A stretch of 47,841 bases of DNA from Candidatus Margulisiibacteriota bacterium (GTDB lineage Bacteria; Margulisbacteria; WOR-1; O2-12-FULL-45-9): contig JBDRHP010000005.1 in NCBI GenBank assembly GCA_043816785.1, positions 1 to 47,841 on the forward strand, read 5' to 3'. Shown in pieces: positions 43,011 through 47,841 of this stretch. A model generated the notes under the pieces. That model searched no databases and had not been told where the DNA came from. It saw nothing but the letters and a program-made list of their open reading frames with translations. A program made the position numbers and the translations under genes. Positions within the stretch are counted from its first letter, which is position 1. Each line of letters begins with the position of its first letter.

Positions 43011-43580
43011 ATGATCAACTTAAAAAAATCAGCTCTAATAATCATCTGTCTGGCCTTTTTTGCCTTTGTTCTGTCCGCTTTAGACAGCCAGGCTGGCCGG
43101 GAAAAAGAAGTGCCCCGCCTATTGTACTTCAAGCAGAAGGTCTGGGAGTTTGCCCAAAAATATCGGGATCAAGATGTTATTGTAGTCAGCAAGAAAGACC
43201 ATCTGCTTTATTATTATAGGAATGGGAAACTGGTTAGAAACGATAAGTGGAACGGGTTTATCTACAATTTTCCGGTCAAGGTCTCTTTAGCCAATAAATA
43301 TCACCGCACGCCAGAAGGTGAAACGTATGTTGACGGGAAAAACAACCGGAGCCGCTACACCCTGTTCCTAAGCCTGAGCAATCCTGGCGCCTACGGCATC
43401 CATGGCGCAGCAACCAGTGTTTCTCGTTACTTAGATCGCATGGAAAAGAAAGATCCAAACTTTACTTTTGTAACAAAAAAAGATGACACCCGGGGCTGCG
43501 TGGCAGTGGAGAATCGAGTCATCAAGTATCTCTTTTCCAAGATCGACCTCAAGACGCCGGTGCTGATCATCCCGGACTAA
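43011..43580 (+). CDS. L,D-transpeptidase (YkuD) family protein
   Basis: Signal peptide, IVVSK..H.LY, RTPEG, YGIHG, TRGCVAV.N, TPVLI. Confidence 0.8.
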   Translation: MINLKKSALIIICLAFFAFVLSALDSQAGREKEVPRLLYFKQKVWEFAQKYRDQDVIVVSKKDHLLYYYRNGKLVRNDKWNGFIYNFPVKVSLANKYHRTPEGETYVDGKNNRSRYTLFLSLSNPGAYGIHGAATSVSRYLDRMEKKDPNFTFVTKKDDTRGCVAVENRVIKYLFSKIDLKTPVLIIPD

Positions 43581-43581
43581 A

Positions 43582-45570
43582 TTAAAGCAGCCCCATTGGC
43601 TCAACATCAACGGTTACCCGGATCTCCTGGGGAACGACCACTTTGGCTAGAGTTTCCTGGACTGCCTGCCGCAGCAGACCAAGATCCTTTCCTTTTAAAA
43701 GTATTTGCCAGCGCCATTGCCCCCGCAGCCTGGGAATAACCGCTGAGGCCGGCCCTAAAACTTGTTTAGCTAATCTTTTTCGAAGAAATTGCCCAAGATC
43801 CGCTGCGATCTTTTCAACCTTACTTGCCTCTGGCCCGCTGATCAGCAAACTGATCAGCCTGGCAAAAGGCGGATAGCTCAGTTCCTGGCGATGTTTTATC
43901 TCCTGCGCGTAGAACGCCTCATAGTCATGTCCAGTTGCGGTTTTAATGGCGTAATGCTCTGGGGTATAGGTTTGGATAATTACTTTGCCGGGCAGGTGAT
44001 GCCTGCCGGCCCGGCCTGCCACCTGGGTCAGCAGCTGAAAAGTATGTTCCGCTGAGCGAAAATCAGGCAGCTGCAAAGCAGTATCAGCTGAAACGACCCC
44101 GACCAGGGTAACATTGGCCACATCCAACCCCTTGGTCACCATCTGGGTGCCGATCAAGACATCTGCTTTGTGCTCGGCAAAAGCGGCAAAAAATGTTTCA
44201 TGAGAACCCCGTTTACTAACCGAGTCGGTGTCATAGCGCAGGATCCTAGCTTGAGGAAAAACCTGTGCCACTTCGTTTTCAATGCGCTGGGTGCCAATAC
44301 CAAAATAGGCGATCGAACTACTGTTGCAGCGCGGACAGGTTGACGGCACTGCGGCCCTATAGTCGCAGCGGTTACAAAGCACTTGTTGGCTATCCGAATG
44401 GTATGAAAGCGAGATGGCGCAATCAGGACACTCGATGGGGTTGCCGCAGGCGCGGCACATGACAAAAGTATAAAAGCCGCGGCGGTTAATAAATAAAATG
44501 GCCTGTTCGCCTTTAGCCAGGGTCGTTTTCAGCTCTTCACGTAATTCTTTTGACAAAAGGAATCTGCCCTGGCGCCGCATATCAATCACCTCAACCGGCG
44601 GCAGCGGCCGGTCATCAATGCGTTTGGCCAGAACAAGTTTCTGATACTCGCCCTGCTCCGCCTTATAAAAAGTTTCAACCGAAGGAGTTGCTGACCCCAG
44701 GATCACCACTGCCTGGTGCTGACCAGCCAAAAAGCCAGCAACTTCTCTAGCATGATAACGAGGGCTTTTATCTTGTTTATAGCTCGTTTCAAACTCTTCA
44801 TCAATAACGATCAAGCCAAGGTTCTTAACTGGGGCAAAAACAGCGGAACGAGCACCTAAAATAATTTTGGCTTCACCTGTAGCGATTCTTTGCCATTCAT
44901 CCCTTCGCTGTTTTTGCGTCAGGTGGCTGTGGAGCACCGCGATGTGGTCGCCAAAACGCGCCTGAAAGCGTTCAACTAATTGAGGGGTTAGAGAAATCTC
45001 CGGCACCAGCACAATAGCGCTCTTCCCTTTGGCCAAAGCATGCGCCACTGCCTGCAAATAAACTTCCGTCTTTCCGGAGCCAGTAACACCATAAAGCAAA
45101 TATTTTTCTGGTCTACTTTGATCAAGGGCTTGCTTAATAGCTTGCAGTGCGGCTTGCTGTTCTGGGGTCGGTGTCATTGGGCTTTGGGTCTGTTTTACTT
45201 CCTTTGCCTCAGGCCTCTGGCCTTGGATCTTTGGCCTCCGGCCTTCTCTTTGACTCGTCCCCGGAGGCATTACAAGCCTTAAAGCGGTTAAAAAGAAAGA
45301 ACAATAATAATCAGCCAGCCACTTGGCCAGCTCAACCTGTTCTTTAGTAAAAACCGGGTGTTCCGAAGCGATGGAAAGGATATCTTTAACATTTTTGACC
45401 TCGGCCTTTTCCACAAACCCAACCACATAGCCCAGATCCGTTCTACGGCCAAAGGGTACCAGGACCTGATGCCCGATCTTGATGTCAGCTACTAATTCCC
45501 TGGGAATAGAATAGTGGAAGATCTTGTCTATTCCGCGGGATACTTTGGAGAGGATGATTTCAGCGAACAT
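43582..45570 (-). CDS. priA: Primosomal protein N' (helicase)
   Basis: GVTGSGKTEVY, LVPEISLTPQ, GARSAVF, GSATPS, Cys-rich region, GTQMVTKG, QVAGRAGR. Confidence 0.96.
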   Translation of the reverse strand: MFAEIILSKVSRGIDKIFHYSIPRELVADIKIGHQVLVPFGRRTDLGYVVGFVEKAEVKNVKDILSIASEHPVFTKEQVELAKWLADYYCSFFLTALRLVMPPGTSQREGRRPKIQGQRPEAKEVKQTQSPMTPTPEQQAALQAIKQALDQSRPEKYLLYGVTGSGKTEVYLQAVAHALAKGKSAIVLVPEISLTPQLVERFQARFGDHIAVLHSHLTQKQRRDEWQRIATGEAKIILGARSAVFAPVKNLGLIVIDEEFETSYKQDKSPRYHAREVAGFLAGQHQAVVILGSATPSVETFYKAEQGEYQKLVLAKRIDDRPLPPVEVIDMRRQGRFLLSKELREELKTTLAKGEQAILFINRRGFYTFVMCRACGNPIECPDCAISLSYHSDSQQVLCNRCDYRAAVPSTCPRCNSSSIAYFGIGTQRIENEVAQVFPQARILRYDTDSVSKRGSHETFFAAFAEHKADVLIGTQMVTKGLDVANVTLVGVVSADTALQLPDFRSAEHTFQLLTQVAGRAGRHHLPGKVIIQTYTPEHYAIKTATGHDYEAFYAQEIKHRQELSYPPFARLISLLISGPEASKVEKIAADLGQFLRKRLAKQVLGPASAVIPRLRGQWRWQILLKGKDLGLLRQAVQETLAKVVVPQEIRVTVDVEPMGLL
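45206..45247. repeat. Six degenerate heptamers in frame within priA
   Basis: gcctcag gcctctg gccttgg atctttg gcctccg gccttct. Confidence 0.65.
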
Positions 45571-45574
45571 ATGC

Positions 45575-46783
45575 TCAGAAAAGGGCTTTGACCTTATCAA
45601 GAATGAGGTGAGCGGCTTGCTCTTTAGACTGCTGTGGAAAATCTAAAACCTTATCATTTTTTAAAACTATTGAAAACTTGATCGAATCACTGTCGAACGT
45701 CGAGTCATCGTTAGCAACGATCAGATCTAAATCTTTATCCTTCAGCTTTTTCTTGGCATTCCTGATCAAGTTATCAGTTTCCAGCGCAAAACCAGCCAGC
45801 ACCCTACCTTTACGTCCTTTTTGCCTGGCAATCGTTTTAAGTATATCTGTTGTCGGGACCAAATTTAATTGCAATCCGTTTTTGCTTTTTTTTATTTTTG
45901 ATTTAGAATTTGTTTCGGATTTAGAATTTCGGATTTCGGATTTGAAGTCACTCACCGCCGCAGCCATAATAACCGCGTGCGCGTTATTGCAAAAATCAAG
46001 CACTGCCTCCAGCATGCCAGCAGCTGATTCAACTTTAATTGTCTTGATATCAAGCAGATCAGGTAAATGCCCGTTGGCAGAAATTAAAGTGACTGCCGCG
46101 CCTCTTTCCCGGGCCGCTCTGGCCAAGGCATAGCCCATTTTGCCTGAGGAACGGTTGGAAATATATCGCACTGGATCAATCGCTTCTTTTGTCCCTCCCG
46201 CTGTCACCAAAACATGCTTACCTTTTAAATCCTGATCAGGAATCAGCAAGCTAACTGCCTTACCTACTATTGCCTCTGGCTCAGACATCCTGCCAATATC
46301 CTCATCACCACAAGCCAATTTTCCTTCTTCCGGCCCTACGAACTCAAAACTCCGAACTCCTAATTTCTGAATATTCTCTTTAACAACAACGTTCCGCCAC
46401 ATTTCACAGTTCATGGCCGGAGCAAGCAATTTCTTTGCTGTGGAAGCTAACGCTATGGTGGTCAAAGGATCATCAGCAATACCATTCGCCAGTTTTCCGA
46501 CAATATTAGCAGTACATGGGGCGATCAAAAGAAGGTCGGCTTTTTTAGTTAAGGAAATATGAGGAATAGGCAGATCGGTCAGCTCTGGAGAAAAAAGATC
46601 AGTAATAACCGGGTTCCCGGACAGCGTACGAAAAGTCAGAGGGGTAATCAGCTTAGCAGCTTCTTTGGTCATTACCACCCACACCTCAGCCCCCAGCTTT
46701 TTTAAACGCGAAACAACTTCACAAGCCTTATAAGCTGCTATACTGCTGGAAACGCCGAGAATTATGGTTTTCCCTTTTAACAC
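45575..46783 (-). CDS. coaBC: Bifunctional phosphopantothenoylcysteine decarboxylase/synthase
   Basis: SIAAYKA, APCTAN, PAMN, LACGD.DIGRM, TAGGT.E.IDPVRYISNRSSGKMG, AAVSDF, GFALET. Confidence 0.96.
   Translation of the reverse strand: MLKGKTIILGVSSSIAAYKACEVVSRLKKLGAEVWVVMTKEAAKLITPLTFRTLSGNPVITDLFSPELTDLPIPHISLTKKADLLLIAPCTANIVGKLANGIADDPLTTIALASTAKKLLAPAMNCEMWRNVVVKENIQKLGVRSFEFVGPEEGKLACGDEDIGRMSEPEAIVGKAVSLLIPDQDLKGKHVLVTAGGTKEAIDPVRYISNRSSGKMGYALARAARERGAAVTLISANGHLPDLLDIKTIKVESAAGMLEAVLDFCNNAHAVIMAAAVSDFKSEIRNSKSETNSKSKIKKSKNGLQLNLVPTTDILKTIARQKGRKGRVLAGFALETDNLIRNAKKKLKDKDLDLIVANDDSTFDSDSIKFSIVLKNDKVLDFPQQSKEQAAHLILDKVKALF
45900..45943. repeat. Degenerate heptamer run in frame within coaBC
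   Basis: Minus strand aaatccg aaatccg aaattct aaatccg aaac aaattct aaatc, encoding KSEIRNSKSETNSKS. Confidence 0.7.
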
Positions 46784-46791
46784 TGGAGTTC

Positions 46792-46830
46792 TTCCGTGGT
46801 TATCCGTGACCCTATCCGCGCAAATCCGTG
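46792..46830. repeat. Four ATCCGYG-like units between rpoZ and coaBC
   Basis: ttccgtg gtt atccgtg accct atccgcg caa atccgtg. Confidence 0.55.
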
Positions 46831-46834
46831 TATA

Positions 46835-47152
46835 TTATTTCTTCTTCTTTTCCTTCTTAGCAGCCTTGCTTTTTTTCTCTTTGGCCAGGCGATTCAGTGC
46901 CGAAGGGGCCTCTTCCACATCTTTACTTAAGATTTCCTGCGGTTTTTTGCTGGGGCCGGTAAGCACCTTAATTCGGATCTTATCTGCGGCAATCTCGCGC
47001 AGCGCGGTAATGACCGGATTATTCGGGTCAAAATGGTCAACGTAGGGCAGCGAGCCCTCAACTATCTGCTTGGCCCTGCCTGCCGCCGCATTAGCCAGCA
47101 GGAATTTATTTTTAGCCTTTGTCAATAGATCATCAATATTTACTTCATTCAA
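46835..47152 (-). CDS. rpoZ: RNA polymerase omega subunit
   Basis: IDDLL, NKFLL..AAAGRAKQI, PVITALREIA; gmk-rpoZ-coaBC-priA synteny. Confidence 0.9.
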   Translation of the reverse strand: MNEVNIDDLLTKAKNKFLLANAAAGRAKQIVEGSLPYVDHFDPNNPVITALREIAADKIRIKVLTGPSKKPQEILSKDVEEAPSALNRLAKEKKSKAAKKEKKKK

Positions 47153-47760
47153 TTTAGCAACGTCCTTTCTTTTTCAACATTAACAATGGCCTTGATTTTT
47201 TCGGCCGCTGATTCGACCTTATCATTGACCACGATGTAATCATATTTTTCCATGACCTGCAGCTCTGCAATGGCTGCCCGCAAACGATAATTTACCACCT
47301 CCTGGTCCTCAGTTTTCCTTTTCTTCAGCCTGAAAGCCAAAATATCAACAGAAGGCGGGATCAGAAAGATAAAGACTGTCGCCGCGTTAAGGCCGCCTTC
47401 TTCAACTACCGCCTTCAAAGCGGCCGCGCCCTGCACATCAACCTCGCAAACAACAGTCTTGCCCTTGACCAGCAGTTCCTTTAAACTACTGATCGGGGTG
47501 CCGTAATAATAGCCATGGACCTTGGCCCATTCCAGAAATTCGCTCTTCTTAACTTTTTTATCAAACTCCGCCTGTGTGATAAAATAGTAATGCTCGCCGT
47601 GAGTTTCCCCTGGCCGCGGCGGCCGGGTGGTAGCAGAAGTTGACAAACGCAGGTTCTTATCAAGTTTAAGCAGTTTTATAACTACCGTGGATTTTCCCAC
47701 ACCTGAAGGCCCAGAAACAACCACTAACAACCCGCGCTTCCGTCTTGCTTTTTTAGCCAT
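47149..47760 (-). CDS. gmk: Guanylate kinase
   Basis: SGPSGVGKST, SATTRPPRPGE, EWAKVHGYYYGT, VDVQGA, YDYIVVND. Confidence 0.97.
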   Translation of the reverse strand: MAKKARRKRGLLVVVSGPSGVGKSTVVIKLLKLDKNLRLSTSATTRPPRPGETHGEHYYFITQAEFDKKVKKSEFLEWAKVHGYYYGTPISSLKELLVKGKTVVCEVDVQGAAALKAVVEEGGLNAATVFIFLIPPSVDILAFRLKKRKTEDQEVVNYRLRAAIAELQVMEKYDYIVVNDKVESAAEKIKAIVNVEKERTLLN

Positions 47761-47788
47761 AAATCGTCTATATTTTATCACGATTTGC

Positions 47789-47816
47789 TTGACAAATCAA
47801 TGGTATCTGATATATT
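47789..47816 (+). promoter_or_regulatory. sigma70 promoter for a gene beyond the window edge
   Basis: TTGACA-N16-TATATT with TG extension, followed by an AAAGGGGG RBS at the window end. Confidence 0.55.
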
Positions 47817-47841
47817 TAGAACACCTTTTGAAAGGGGGAAC

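Noticed and set aside
1053-47663. Numerous short ORFs antisense to or nested in well-supported genes (for example 2618-2986, 14600-15073, 19460-19891, 36032-36610, 45678-46133)
   Set aside because: Shadow frames with no recognisable motifs or translation signals

Overview
Bacterial chromosomal window, mostly housekeeping genes with several accessory patches. The gene style is compatible with an uncultured anaerobe such as Candidatus Saganbacteria/WOR-1, but this is an unverified impression. Left to right: the 3' tail of an IS481/IS3-type transposase; small membrane-protein genes; a DUF4015 hydrolase; a receiver and histidine kinase pair; a class V PLP enzyme; a GT39 glycosyltransferase; cca-amidase-murI-queD-dapF; a 4.6 kb accessory island; dapL, ispH, an NSS transporter and a NAGPA-family protein; an NrdH-like redoxin; a type IV pilus/T2SS-like cluster with a silent pilin copy and a hairpin-flanked DUF559 insert; nrdR plus two tandem class III ribonucleotide reductase genes; def-kinase-fmt; an L,D-transpeptidase; priA-coaBC-rpoZ-gmk. 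The most notable signals are: (1) the dapF-dapL island alternates toxin-antitoxin-like gene pairs with two paralogous secreted beta-propeller genes, whose promoters carry poly-G spacers of 20 and 14 bp (candidate phase variation), and is punctuated by copies of the dapF 3' end; (2) a sigma28-like promoter seen three times, one copy driving an unannotated ~68 nt RNA; (3) a second nrdD that keeps its catalytic motifs but differs in the predicted specificity site; (4) many palindromic or heptamer inserts, some in frame within core genes; (5) frequent leaderless gene starts. No tRNA, rRNA or CRISPR array was seen. All calls are by eye; no searches were run.
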